Counted from the stretch's first letter, positions 1-8,779 are shown. The stretch: 32,000 nt of DNA from Methanocorpusculum parvum (GCA_015063085.1 SUTD01000003.1:1-32000), one strand, 5' to 3'. Numbers and translations: made by a program. Notes: a model not told the origin generated them from the sequence alone.

Positions 1-54
1 CTGTTCTAAAAGGGCCTCGCCCATAGTTTTGATATAGCTTGGTTTAATTCCCAT
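1..54 (-). CDS. 5-prime end of a gene leaving the window (MGIKPSYIKTMGEALLEQ...). The N-terminus resembles ribosomal protein S17e.
   Basis: ATG at 54 (minus strand), open to the window edge. The MG-x-K...IK......LLE pattern matches S17e N-termini as I recall them. A TATAAT-like element at 75-80 lies about 24 nt upstream. Only 18 residues are visible. Confidence 0.3.
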   Translation of the reverse strand, partial: MGIKPSYIKTMGEALLEQ

Positions 55-73
55 GATATATGCCTCAAATGCT

Positions 74-577
74 CTATAATGTTAGTCGTTCCGATATGAT
101 AAGGATTCTGTTTGCAACATCGTCCGGAGTCTCCCCGAAAATGTAGATACAGCCCCCGTATGTCGGCTCATTTTCCGCACAAATTGCTGCCGGAACACCC
201 TCCTTGCAAAGGAACGCAACTCCCCATTCCATCGTCGAAATCCCTTTCGGGAACTTTTCCGCGTCGTATTCTTCAACGTCCTGCAAAACCTCGCGGACAG
301 TTTCTGCAATATCCTCGTTCAGTCTGATGCATCCGACAGCCCGCATCTCAGGAGTAAACCTGCGCGCGGTGATTATCACGCGGACAACAGGCTCATCAAT
401 CCCGAAGCCCACACTTCCCTCGCGGGCCACAGCAACACCTTTTGCATCGCGTGCATCTGCTATCGCGTATGCAAGGGAAATGCCTCCCTTTGGAATGATG
501 TATCTGTTTACATTCTCCACCTTGCCTGAAGCTTTCTGAATCCCGCGAAGAACCTCAGACTGCTGCTTTGCGGTCAT
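74..577 (-). CDS. ThiN-type thiamine-phosphate synthase domain protein (stand-alone ThiN-like)
   Basis: 167-aa ORF with an ATG start and a 4-nt ATGA overlap with the upstream HD gene. STMEWGV and EPTYGGCIYIFGETPDDV resemble the conserved ThiN blocks (meWG; G..G.EP...vFG.dp.eV) from memory. Confidence 0.55.
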   Translation of the reverse strand: MTAKQQSEVLRGIQKASGKVENVNRYIIPKGGISLAYAIADARDAKGVAVAREGSVGFGIDEPVVRVIITARRFTPEMRAVGCIRLNEDIAETVREVLQDVEEYDAEKFPKGISTMEWGVAFLCKEGVPAAICAENEPTYGGCIYIFGETPDDVANRILIISERLTL

Positions 578-1125
578 GAAATCCCCAACTCGTCCCTGAT
601 TGCAGAAATTTCTTCGATGGCAATCTCATACATCCTCTCACGCGGGAGAAGAACATCAGACATCGCGATTCTGTTTCTGTCGCATCCTGCGGCAAAAGAT
701 GCTGCTTTGTACTTCTTGGTAACCGTCTTTGGCGTGACCTCAGTAATCTTTCCGCCTTTTACATACGCGCACGCGATAACAAGCCCGGAAACACTGTCGG
801 CTGTCTGAAGACAGATTTCCACAGTCTCGGTATACTCACCATCGAAAAGCATATGGTTGTGTCGGCGAATCGGCATGGCAATCTCATCTCCGATTCCGGC
901 GGCTTTTAAAATCCCATAGCCGACTTCACCATGCTTTTCCATATCCTCATTAATCTCCTGGAAATCAATATCATGGAGAATGCCGATTAACTCGTAAAGA
1001 TTTTCGTCCTCTCCGAGTTCTTTTGCAAGACCTTTCATCACAGCAGCCGTTGCAAGACAATGTCCTATAAGAGATTCGGTTGTCACATGCTCTTTGAGAA
1101 GCGAAAGAGCCTCATTTCTATCCAT
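574..1125 (-). CDS. HD-domain metal-dependent phosphohydrolase
   Basis: Contains GHCLATA...GILHDIDF...RRHNH, the H...HD...H signature of the HD superfamily. The track ORF starts at GTG 1164. ATG 1125 (MDRNEAL...) is the more likely start and sits about 28 nt from an AT-rich box at 1148-1157. Confidence 0.75.
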   Translation of the reverse strand: MDRNEALSLLKEHVTTESLIGHCLATAAVMKGLAKELGEDENLYELIGILHDIDFQEINEDMEKHGEVGYGILKAAGIGDEIAMPIRRHNHMLFDGEYTETVEICLQTADSVSGLVIACAYVKGGKITEVTPKTVTKKYKAASFAAGCDRNRIAMSDVLLPRERMYEIAIEEISAIRDELGIS

Positions 1126-1181
1126 GATTATGTATGGGCATTCAAAAGTGATAAAAGCCCGCACGTTAAATATAATCTAAC
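1126..1181. promoter_or_regulatory. Divergent promoter region between the HD gene and the small membrane protein gene
   Basis: 56-nt spacer. GTGATAAAAG (1148-1157) lies about 28 nt from both divergent ATGs (1125 and 1182). A second TATA-like TTAAATATAAT sits at 1166-1176. The spacing fits archaeal TATA to TSS distance with leaderless mRNAs. Confidence 0.35.
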
Positions 1182-1391
1182 ATGAGAAAAGACTGGATAC
1201 TGGATATTGTAATTGCTCTGTCAGCAATCTTCATCTTCGCCCTTATGATGTTATTCCTCCCGACCGTCTTACCGGCTGCATTCGGATACGTTGCGGCATT
1301 CCTTGTTTTCGTCTTATACCTGACGCTTGTCGGTCTTTTTGTCATCAAGAGATTTGTCGGCGAAACTCCGCAGAAAAAAGTAAAGAACTAA
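1182..1391 (+). CDS. Small hypothetical membrane protein (2 predicted TM helices)
   Basis: 69-aa ORF with two long hydrophobic stretches and a basic C-terminal tail. It lies on the same strand as, and 39 nt upstream of, the TraX-like gene. I recognise no family. Confidence 0.45.
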   Translation: MRKDWILDIVIALSAIFIFALMMLFLPTVLPAAFGYVAAFLVFVLYLTLVGLFVIKRFVGETPQKKVKN

Positions 1392-1430
1392 CCGGAATAC
1401 CTCTTCTTTTTCCAAACAAGCCAAAAGGAT

Positions 1431-2168
1431 ATGGCGCAGAAATTTTCTCTGGAAACCACATCGGCATCCCTGCACATCTTTGCGATGGCATTCATGCTCT
1501 GCGACCATCTCTGGGGAACAGTCATACCCGGAAACGAATGGCTTACCTGTATTGGGCGCTTAGCGCTCCCGATTTTTGCATTCCTGCTTGTCGAAGGATA
1601 CTTCCACACCAAAAACCTGAAAAAATACGCAGGCAGACTTTTCATATTCGCTCTCATATCGGAAATCCCCTTCAACCTCATGATGGGGGGAAGTATCTTT
1701 TACCCAATTCACCAGAACATCCTCTTCAGCTTCTTAATAGCGCTCGGCCTTATCCATCTGAATGAAAAGGCAAAAGCGAGCGGAAAAATCAGCCTTAGGG
1801 TTCTGACCGGCTGCGGAACCGTCATCCTCGGATACATTCTCGGCATTCTGACAATGGTGGACTTCTATCATGCAGGAATCTTAACCGTTCTCGTCTTCTA
1901 CTTCCTCCGCGGAAAGAAGTGGTGGTGTTACATCGGACAGTTCCTTTGTCTCTGGTACATCAACTGCGAAATCCTTGGAGGGCTTGTCTATGAGTTTGCA
2001 TCATTCACATTCCCGCAGCAGGGCTTTGCACTGTTTGCCTTACTCTTCATCTGGCTCTACCGCGGAAAGCAGGGATACCACAGCAAACCCTTCCAGTACT
2101 TCTGCTATGCATTCTATCCCGCACACATGCTGATACTTTCAGTTCTTCGAATGCTGCTGCTCTCATGA
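1431..2168 (+). CDS. TraX-family polytopic membrane protein
   Basis: IGRLALPIFAFLLVEGYFHTKNLKKYAGRLFIFALISEIPFNL closely matches the TraX family core (IGRlafPIF.FllvEGf.HT.n..KY..RL..FAliSEiPFdL). An AAAAGGA sequence precedes the ATG. Confidence 0.8.
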   Translation: MAQKFSLETTSASLHIFAMAFMLCDHLWGTVIPGNEWLTCIGRLALPIFAFLLVEGYFHTKNLKKYAGRLFIFALISEIPFNLMMGGSIFYPIHQNILFSFLIALGLIHLNEKAKASGKISLRVLTGCGTVILGYILGILTMVDFYHAGILTVLVFYFLRGKKWWCYIGQFLCLWYINCEILGGLVYEFASFTFPQQGFALFALLFIWLYRGKQGYHSKPFQYFCYAFYPAHMLILSVLRMLLLS

Positions 2169-2203
2169 CCATTGTTAAACCCTAGGAAAACCAATATTAC
2201 TCT

Positions 2204-3055
2204 ATGACGAAAGTAGCAGCATTCGGTATGGGCCGCATTGGAGGAGAAGCGGCCTACATCTCCGCTGTAAACGGATTTGCCGATGAGCTTGTAATATACG
2301 ATATCATGCCGGAATTCCTGCATGCACAAAAACTCGATATCATGCACTCGCGGGATATCCCAATCTCCACAAACATCTCCGACATGAAGGATGCAGACTA
2401 CTGTATCTTCTCTGCCGGATACTCCCGCTCGCCGAATGTAAAAACCCGCGCTGACTTATTCGACAAAAACCTCCCGATCGCCCGCGAGGCAGCAGAGCTT
2501 CTCAAAGGATTTTCCGGAAAGCTGATTGTCATCACCAACCCGATGGACGTCTTTACCTGGTATTTCGCAAAGCACGCAGGTTTAGACGAAGGACAGGTTG
2601 TCGGATTCGGCGGACTTTTGGACAGCCGCAGATTTACCGTTGCTCTTTCTTCGATGGGAATCAAAGAGGAAGGAATGGTCTTGGGAGAGCACGGAGAAAA
2701 TCAGGTGCCGGTTTTCTCAAACCTCTCAGTCGATGTACCCGAAGCTGTCCGCGAGGAGGTGCTGCTTGGTCTTCGCGGATCTTCTATGCCTGTCATCAAA
2801 GGAAAGGGCGGAACCGTCTTCGGTCCTGCATATCATATCTTCAACATGATGCAGAAAATCGAAAAGGGTGAGGAGTTCATCTGCTCGCTTCCGGCAAACG
2901 GTGCGTACGGCATTGACGGATGTTCAATCGGTCTTCCGGCACGCGTAACCCGTGACGGAGCAAAGATTAACGAGAATTTAAAACTCGATGACTGGGAAAC
3001 CGCAAAACTCAACGCCGCAGCAGAGTTCTTAACAGGTCTTTGCCGGAGAGTGTAA
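2204..3055 (+). CDS. mdh: Malate dehydrogenase (LDH-like MDH family)
   Basis: N-terminal dinucleotide fold (FGMGRIGG...IYDI), ITNPMD, GG.LDSRRF, and the catalytic-His block LGEHGE. In AGYSRSPNVKTRADL an Arg occupies the position equivalent to LDH Q102, which favours malate specificity. Confidence 0.8.
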   Translation: MTKVAAFGMGRIGGEAAYISAVNGFADELVIYDIMPEFLHAQKLDIMHSRDIPISTNISDMKDADYCIFSAGYSRSPNVKTRADLFDKNLPIAREAAELLKGFSGKLIVITNPMDVFTWYFAKHAGLDEGQVVGFGGLLDSRRFTVALSSMGIKEEGMVLGEHGENQVPVFSNLSVDVPEAVREEVLLGLRGSSMPVIKGKGGTVFGPAYHIFNMMQKIEKGEEFICSLPANGAYGIDGCSIGLPARVTRDGAKINENLKLDDWETAKLNAAAEFLTGLCRRV

Positions 3056-5443
3056 ATGGATATCGCCATAAATCAGGCAGAATACTCAAACACTCCGGCA
3101 GGCCCGGTAGTTCATATCTTCGGACGCGAGGCGGACGGAACAGCTCATGAAGTAAAGGTCACCGGTTTTCGTCCTTACTTCTGGGTTCGGGAAAGCGAAG
3201 CGCACCGTCCGCATTCGGATAAAGTCGAGGTTACCGATGACAGGGCCTTTTCAATTAAAGGCGAGCCGCTTATCAGGCTTTACACACAAAAGCCGACTGA
3301 TGTCCGAATAGTTCGCGAGAACTATCACCACTTCGAAGCAGACATTCCGTTTGCCACCCGCTTTTTAATTGATCTTGGCCTCACCGGCGGCGTCTCCTTC
3401 CCGTCTGAGACATGCAGTTACACCGATCTCTCCCCCGCACATGTGCTCTCGAAGGCAAGGGTTTGCATGTGCGATATCGAGTGTGACGACCGATATGGTT
3501 TTCCTGAAGCAGAGCGTGATGCGATTAACTGTATCACCTGTCATGACTCCTTTGACGACTGCTATACTACGTTCTTCCTCAACGGCGAGACGCCGCTTTC
3601 AGCAGCAGAAGCTCTTCCAAACGGCTGCTTTGACGAAAGCCGCCACACAATTCTTGCCTTCAACTCCGAGCGCGAACTCTTCAAGGCATTTATCAGCTAC
3701 ATTCAGGAAAAAAATCCGGACATCTTATCCGGATGGAACTTTGCGGACTTCGATGCAGCATATATTTTGAAGAGGGCTGAAGTCCTCGGATTCAAGCCGG
3801 ATGTGTTCGCACGGCTTCCGGGCGTTGTTGACCGAAACGCCATGCGCGGAAGAGTCATCTTCGATTTGCTTACTGCATACAAGAAGATGCAGAGCGGACA
3901 AAAGGAGTCGTACCGCTTAGACGCCATCGCAGAAGAAGAGTTGGGCGAGCGAAAGGTTCGCTACACCGGAACTTTAGGAGATCTTTGGAACAATGATCCT
4001 TTGAAGATGATTGAGTACAACTTCAAGGATGTGGAGCTGTGTGTTGGAATCAACCGCAAAAACAGCATCATCGAGTTCTTCCAGGAAGTTTCCCGCTATG
4101 TGGGCTGCCCGCTTGATAAGACGCTGAACTCCTCGAATGTGGTTGACATCTTCATTCTCCGGCGTGCATTCGGTAAGTTCGTTCTTCCGTCGAAAGGAAA
4201 CGGTGTAGGCGAAGAGTTCGAAGGAGCGACCGTCTTTGCCCCGTCGAAAGGTGTGTGCGAGAATGTTGTCGTGCTTGATTTGAAGTCGCTCTATCCAATG
4301 GCCATGATGACCTTAAATGCCTCGCAGGAGACAAAGTCTCCGGAAGGCGAGATTCATGCGCCAAACGGCATCCGGTTCAAAAAATCTCCGGACGGGCTGA
4401 CCAGAAGTATCATCGGCGAGCTTTTGACTGAGAGAGACAACAAGAAAAAACTGAGAAATACCTTCCCCTACGGTTCAGACGAGTACAACCTCTATGACAT
4501 GCAGCAGAACGTCTTGAAGGTCATCATGAACTCATACTACGGGGTGTCCGGCTTTGCACGGTTCCGCCTCTATGACAGAGAGATTGGCTCTGCCGTCACC
4601 TCCGTCGGCCGCGCGATTATTCAGCACACCAGAAAAATCATCAACGAAAACGGTTACGAAGTAATCTACGGAGATACGGATTCCTGCTTCGTTCAGCTCC
4701 CGATGGTCTCGCAGGAGGAGACAATCAGTATCGCCAGAAAACTCGAGGATGAGTTAAACGAAAGCTACCCAACGTTTGCAAAAGAAACGCTTGGTGCTGA
4801 TGAGTGTTACTTCTCGATTAAGTTCGAGAAGATTTACCGCCGTTTCTTCCAGGGTGGGGCAAAGAAACGCTATGCAGGTCATTTAACCTGGAAGGAAGGG
4901 CAAGAGATTGACAAAATCGATATCGCCGGATTTGAGATGAAGCGCTCCGATTCATCCCACATCACGCGCGAAGCGCAGGGTGCGGTTCTTGAGATGATTC
5001 TGAAGGGCAACGGAAAATCCGACATCAAAGAGTATCTCCCGCAGGTGTTAAAGGATTACAGAGCCGGAACATATCCACTCGACAAGGCGGGAATTCCCGG
5101 AGGAATTAACAAAGCGCTTGACGATTATGCGCATCTTGATGCTCACGGAAGAGGAGCGCAGTATGCAAATCAGTATTTGGGAACTGATTTCAAGCGCGGA
5201 AGCAAACCGAAGCGCGTCTACATCAAACGCAGCCTGCGTCCGGATGAGTTTCCGAACACCGATGTCCTCTGCTTTGAGTATCCTGACCAGATTCCGGACG
5301 GGGCATTCGAGATTGACTGGGAGACTATGCTCGAAAAGACGATTCAGGCGCCCTTAAACAGAATCTTTGACGCTCTCGGGTGGGACTGGGATGAGTTCGA
5401 CCCGAAGGTTGCAAAAAAGACAACTCTTGATATGTTCTTCTAA
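3056..5443 (+). CDS. polB: Family B DNA polymerase (archaeal PolB), no intein
   Basis: Exo I CDIECD, Exo II NFADFDAAYIL, Exo III YNFKDVEL. Pol A DLKSLYPMAMM, Pol B KVIMNSYYG, Pol C YGDTDS. The ATG directly abuts the mdh stop (TAAATG at 3053-3058). Confidence 0.95.
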   Translation: MDIAINQAEYSNTPAGPVVHIFGREADGTAHEVKVTGFRPYFWVRESEAHRPHSDKVEVTDDRAFSIKGEPLIRLYTQKPTDVRIVRENYHHFEADIPFATRFLIDLGLTGGVSFPSETCSYTDLSPAHVLSKARVCMCDIECDDRYGFPEAERDAINCITCHDSFDDCYTTFFLNGETPLSAAEALPNGCFDESRHTILAFNSERELFKAFISYIQEKNPDILSGWNFADFDAAYILKRAEVLGFKPDVFARLPGVVDRNAMRGRVIFDLLTAYKKMQSGQKESYRLDAIAEEELGERKVRYTGTLGDLWNNDPLKMIEYNFKDVELCVGINRKNSIIEFFQEVSRYVGCPLDKTLNSSNVVDIFILRRAFGKFVLPSKGNGVGEEFEGATVFAPSKGVCENVVVLDLKSLYPMAMMTLNASQETKSPEGEIHAPNGIRFKKSPDGLTRSIIGELLTERDNKKKLRNTFPYGSDEYNLYDMQQNVLKVIMNSYYGVSGFARFRLYDREIGSAVTSVGRAIIQHTRKIINENGYEVIYGDTDSCFVQLPMVSQEETISIARKLEDELNESYPTFAKETLGADECYFSIKFEKIYRRFFQGGAKKRYAGHLTWKEGQEIDKIDIAGFEMKRSDSSHITREAQGAVLEMILKGNGKSDIKEYLPQVLKDYRAGTYPLDKAGIPGGINKALDDYAHLDAHGRGAQYANQYLGTDFKRGSKPKRVYIKRSLRPDEFPNTDVLCFEYPDQIPDGAFEIDWETMLEKTIQAPLNRIFDALGWDWDEFDPKVAKKTTLDMFF

Positions 5444-5447
5444 AAAA

Positions 5448-5468
5448 GCTGAAGATTAAATCTTCAGC
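5448..5468. terminator. Perfect palindrome (10-bp arms) between convergent genes, a likely bidirectional terminator hairpin
   Basis: GCTGAAGATT-A-AATCTTCAGC, with every arm position verified as complementary. It is flanked by A6 (5442-5447, read as T6 on the minus strand) and by T5 at 5475-5479 on the plus strand. It starts 5 nt after the polB stop and contains the stop codon of the 210-aa minus-strand ORF. Confidence 0.5.
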
Positions 5469-6088
5469 CGGTTCTTTTTGATTTTTCTGTAGCGCAGATA
5501 TGCAAGCGCGAAGACAACAAGCCATCCGGCAAGGAAAGCGTAGAGAATCGGCTCGCGGTTATCCTCGTAGAAGGTAAGCGAGGCTGCTTTCGTCTGATTA
5601 AAGGTGACAACCGTCTTCCCCTCCTCTTTTGCAACAACACCGCCGGAGGACACCGTTCCTAAAATCAGGTGACCGGTTGTGTACGGTTCTGGAAGAGTTA
5701 CGGTGACATTATAGAACTCCGGAAACTTCGCGTAGATAAAACCGCCGGAAATTGGCACATCATACGTCAGCGTATAGTCTCCTTCTGGAAATGTCAGTGT
5801 GCCTTTCGTATTCTTCGGCTCAACAACTGTTCCGTCTACCGAAACCAGAACAAGATTATTCACTGTTTCAAGCGCGACATCCTCGCCTAAGATACCCGGG
5901 GTTACCAAAAGGTAGGAAGAGCCGGAAAATCTGGCCTCGGCAAACAAGACCGAACCGTTTTCCGAAACCCTAAAGTCTGCGGTGTTGGCAGCCGCTGGGA
6001 CTGCCAGCAGAAGAAGTGCTGTAAGCAGAATTACAGCACAGAGAGCAGTGCTTCGATTGTTGCGTCGATCTCGATTGGGGCTGCGCAT
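5456..6088 (-). CDS. Hypothetical secreted or membrane-anchored protein (N-terminal signal-like segment, C-terminal TM anchor)
   Basis: 210 aa. Basic N-region, then the hydrophobic ALCAVILLTALLLLAVPAAA. A beta-rich middle. C-terminal ILYAFLAGWLVVFALAYL followed by the basic RYRKIKKNR. The only ATG lies 58 nt inside the 3-prime end of thrC. Confidence 0.6.
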   Translation of the reverse strand: MRSPNRDRRNNRSTALCAVILLTALLLLAVPAAANTADFRVSENGSVLFAEARFSGSSYLLVTPGILGEDVALETVNNLVLVSVDGTVVEPKNTKGTLTFPEGDYTLTYDVPISGGFIYAKFPEFYNVTVTLPEPYTTGHLILGTVSSGGVVAKEEGKTVVTFNQTKAASLTFYEDNREPILYAFLAGWLVVFALAYLRYRKIKKNRLKI

Positions 6089-7230
6089 TGCTTAATAACG
6101 GTTTCCGGATCTTTTAACAGGTGACCGGTAACGACACAGACAATCTTCTCATCTGCATCGAGAAGTCCCTGCTCTGCCATCTTCTTGATACCTGCAACGG
6201 ATGCTGCGGATGCCGGTTCAACACCGATACCCTCAAGGCGTGCTAAGTCGCGCTGCATGGCAAGGATTTCCTCGTCAGTGACAAACTCTGCAGTTCCATT
6301 GGTCTCGCGGATTGCACGAAGAGCTTTTTCTGCGTTGACCGGTGCTCCGATACGGATTGCGGATGCAACAGTCTCCGGGTTCTTCTCAACAACAACCTCC
6401 GGCAGGTTGCCTTTGATTGCGTTTACGACAGGCATTGCGCCTTCTGCCTGAATTGCAGTCATCTTCGGAAGCGTGTCGATGAAGCCGATCTCCTTCCACT
6501 CGGTAAGTCCTTTGTAGACTGCAGAGATGTTTCCTGCGTTTCCGACCGGTAAAACGAAGCGGTCCGGAACACAGCCAAGCTGATCAACAGCCTCGAAACC
6601 GATAGTCTTCTGACCTTCAAGTCTGTACGGGTTGATGGAGTTTAAGAGGTAGATTCCATGAGAGACACAAAGCTCGTGAACCATCTCTAATGCGCGGTCG
6701 AAGTTTCCGCGAATGGAGATGACTTTTGCTCCGTGCATGAGTGCCTGGGCAACTTTACCAAGAGCGACATGTCCTGCAGGGAGAAGGACAACGCCCGGCA
6801 TTCCTGCCTTTGCGGCATAAACAGCCATGGATGCAGAGGTGTTTCCGGTGGATGCACAGGCAACAATGTTCTTGCCGAGCTGCTTTGCCATGGAGACACC
6901 AAGAGTCATTCCTCTGTCCTTGAAAGATCCGGACGGGTTCATACCCTCGTGCTTGACGTAGAGGTTCTTTAATCCAAGCTCTTCACCAAGGCGCTTTGCG
7001 TGATAGAGCGGAGTCCCTCCTTCCTGTAACGTGACCGGATCAATTTTTACCGGCAGGAATTCCTTGTATCTCCATACACCAATCTTTCTGCTCTGCAGTT
7101 CCTCGCGGGTGACAGTAATCTTGTCGAGGTCGTATTTTACTGCGAGCAGGTGTCCGCATTTTTCACAGTTATACACAATTGCATCGGGAGAGTACTCCGC
7201 ACCGCAGTGTACACAGACGAGTTTATACAT
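6031..7230 (-). CDS. thrC: Threonine synthase
   Basis: N-terminal Cys4 ribbon (CVHCG...CEKCG), PLP-lysine motif SFKDRG, and the full-length fold-type II PLP enzyme pattern typical of archaeal ThrC. Confidence 0.95.
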   Translation of the reverse strand: MYKLVCVHCGAEYSPDAIVYNCEKCGHLLAVKYDLDKITVTREELQSRKIGVWRYKEFLPVKIDPVTLQEGGTPLYHAKRLGEELGLKNLYVKHEGMNPSGSFKDRGMTLGVSMAKQLGKNIVACASTGNTSASMAVYAAKAGMPGVVLLPAGHVALGKVAQALMHGAKVISIRGNFDRALEMVHELCVSHGIYLLNSINPYRLEGQKTIGFEAVDQLGCVPDRFVLPVGNAGNISAVYKGLTEWKEIGFIDTLPKMTAIQAEGAMPVVNAIKGNLPEVVVEKNPETVASAIRIGAPVNAEKALRAIRETNGTAEFVTDEEILAMQRDLARLEGIGVEPASAASVAGIKKMAEQGLLDADEKIVCVVTGHLLKDPETVIKQCAAPIEIDATIEALLSVL

Positions 7231-7293
7231 GCCTATGTATTGGCGTGCTTACATTAGAAGGGTTTCGCTCAGAGGAGGGAAAGATGCGGGTTG

Positions 7294-7301
7294 AAAAAAA
7301 A
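7294..7301 (-). terminator. Oligo-T (T8) archaeal terminator after the YdjM-like gene
   Basis: A8 on the plus strand, read as T8 on the minus strand, 14-21 nt downstream of the stop at 7315-7317. Confidence 0.4.
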
Positions 7302-7314
7302 GGAGGGTGTTATC

Positions 7315-8079
7315 TCAGCTCAAATCACGGTTCTGTTTCTTTGCCGGAACACCGGAGGCGGCAAGGAAGATAATCCAGAGGATGACCGCCACAGGGATTC
7401 CAAGGAATGCCGGAAGGCTGAGAATAAAGGATGCCGCGCAGAGGATGACTGCTGCTGCGAGAAAAAGAATCATGTAAACACGCGGACGTGTGTCTGTTCC
7501 GTCGCCAAGAAGTTTTCCGCGAAGTCTTCTGAAGACAAACGGATAGAAGTAGTGAACTCCTGCGATGTCACAGGTGTCTTCTACTAAGTGCATGAGGCAT
7601 CCGAAGAAGAATGAGGCGCCGAAGACAAAGATTAACGGATTGTTTGCGAGGAAGGAAAGTCCCGGGATGAAGGAGAGAGCAAAGCAGACTGCCCAGATGT
7701 AGAACGTGAGAAGTACTGACATGAAGAAGATGCCGATTGGCGAATGGGGAAGCTCGCGGTGTCCCTGCTTTGCATAAATCTTGTCACCGAAGATTAAATG
7801 GAAGACGAAGCGGACAGGCTTGTAGCAAAGGGTGTTTATGGTGTGTCCAAAGACCGGAGTTAAGAAGAACTTCTTTCCCTTCGCTCCGGGAATTTCTGCG
7901 TGGAAGATGGCAGAGCCTTTGCCCATGTCAATATCCGGAGTGATGGAACCAAGGAATGCTCCGAGGATGAAGAGGACTGCACCAAGGATTGCTGTTGGTG
8001 TGGTAAGCGTTGGAACTGCCGGGGCTAAGATGAGAAGGGCGGTTGCCATGGTGAGGATTATGTGGGTTACTCCTTTCAT
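7315..8079 (-). CDS. Membrane-bound metal-dependent hydrolase-like protein (YdjM/DUF457-like)
   Basis: MKGVTHI start, GSITPDIDMGKGS and HRELPHS blocks resembling the DUF457 PDiDh / HRg.THS motifs, and multiple TM helices. Confidence 0.6.
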   Translation of the reverse strand: MKGVTHIILTMATALLILAPAVPTLTTPTAILGAVLFILGAFLGSITPDIDMGKGSAIFHAEIPGAKGKKFFLTPVFGHTINTLCYKPVRFVFHLIFGDKIYAKQGHRELPHSPIGIFFMSVLLTFYIWAVCFALSFIPGLSFLANNPLIFVFGASFFFGCLMHLVEDTCDIAGVHYFYPFVFRRLRGKLLGDGTDTRPRVYMILFLAAAVILCAASFILSLPAFLGIPVAVILWIIFLAASGVPAKKQNRDLS

Positions 8080-8120
8080 GGAATAGTATGGGAAGGGATG
8101 AGGGATAAAGGGTATGGAGG

Positions 8121-8450
8121 TTATTTCAAAAGAGAGTCCACTTGAGTTACAAGCTCCGGGATTTTTGTTGTTGATATTTCCCAGACTTTTTCCAGGTCAA
8201 CAGCAAAGTATGCATGAATCAATCTGTCACGAAGTCCGCACATCCCTCTCCATGCAATTTCAGGATGCTGAGTACGGAAGTCATCGGATACGTGTTTTGC
8301 GGCTTCCCCGATTACCTCTAGAGCACGAATTACAATATGTTGTGCTACAACAGATTGATGAAACTCTTCTTCTGTGAGGTTTGCTATTGTCTGAACAATG
8401 AGATCTGCCTCTTCTTTGATATGGTGCAGCCAGACTTTGTTGTCAATCAT
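8121..8450 (-). CDS. hepT: HepT-like (DUF86) RNase toxin of a type VII TA pair
   Basis: 109 aa. RDRLIHAY matches the Rx4HxY active-site motif. Its start overlaps the stop of the upstream nucleotidyltransferase gene by 4 nt (ATGA). Confidence 0.85.
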   Translation of the reverse strand: MIDNKVWLHHIKEEADLIVQTIANLTEEEFHQSVVAQHIVIRALEVIGEAAKHVSDDFRTQHPEIAWRGMCGLRDRLIHAYFAVDLEKVWEISTTKIPELVTQVDSLLK

Positions 8451-8779
8451 ACCGATGCTGCCTCCGAAGAACTGAAAAGAATCATTTCCGGTTCAACATA
8501 TGGTTTCACATGCGGGCTCAGGTATTCAAGAGATACTATGTCAACCTTTCTCTGGAAAAGGTCTTCGAGATAGTCTGCCAAATCAAGGAAGGTATCATAT
8601 GAACCTTTTCCTTCTGAAAAGGTGTAAAGAACATCAACATCACTCTCTGCTGTGTCTTCACCACGAGATACTGATCCAAAAATCCCAATAGTATCGATAA
8701 AGAAACGCTCACGTATCTCGTGGAGATGCTCTCTGAGTTTTGTGAGGACGTCCTCTTTGATACTGACGTAGGCAGACAT
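8447..8779 (-). CDS. mntA: MntA-like nucleotidyltransferase antitoxin
   Basis: 110 aa. GIFGSVSRGEDTAESDVDVL matches the minimal NTase motif GSxxRG...DxD. It is translationally coupled to hepT. Confidence 0.85.
   Translation of the reverse strand: MSAYVSIKEDVLTKLREHLHEIRERFFIDTIGIFGSVSRGEDTAESDVDVLYTFSEGKGSYDTFLDLADYLEDLFQRKVDIVSLEYLSPHVKPYVEPEMILFSSSEAASV

Noticed and set aside
204-539. 111-aa plus-strand ORF in the first kb
   Set aside because: It lies entirely antisense to the ThiN-like gene, which carries conserved blocks.
6040-6088. RR pair in the N-region of the 210-aa protein (RDRRNNRS), considered as a possible twin-arginine (Tat) signal
   Set aside because: The context does not match S/T-R-R-x-F-L-K, and the RR is separated from the hydrophobic core by several polar residues. 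A Sec-type signal or anchor is more likely.
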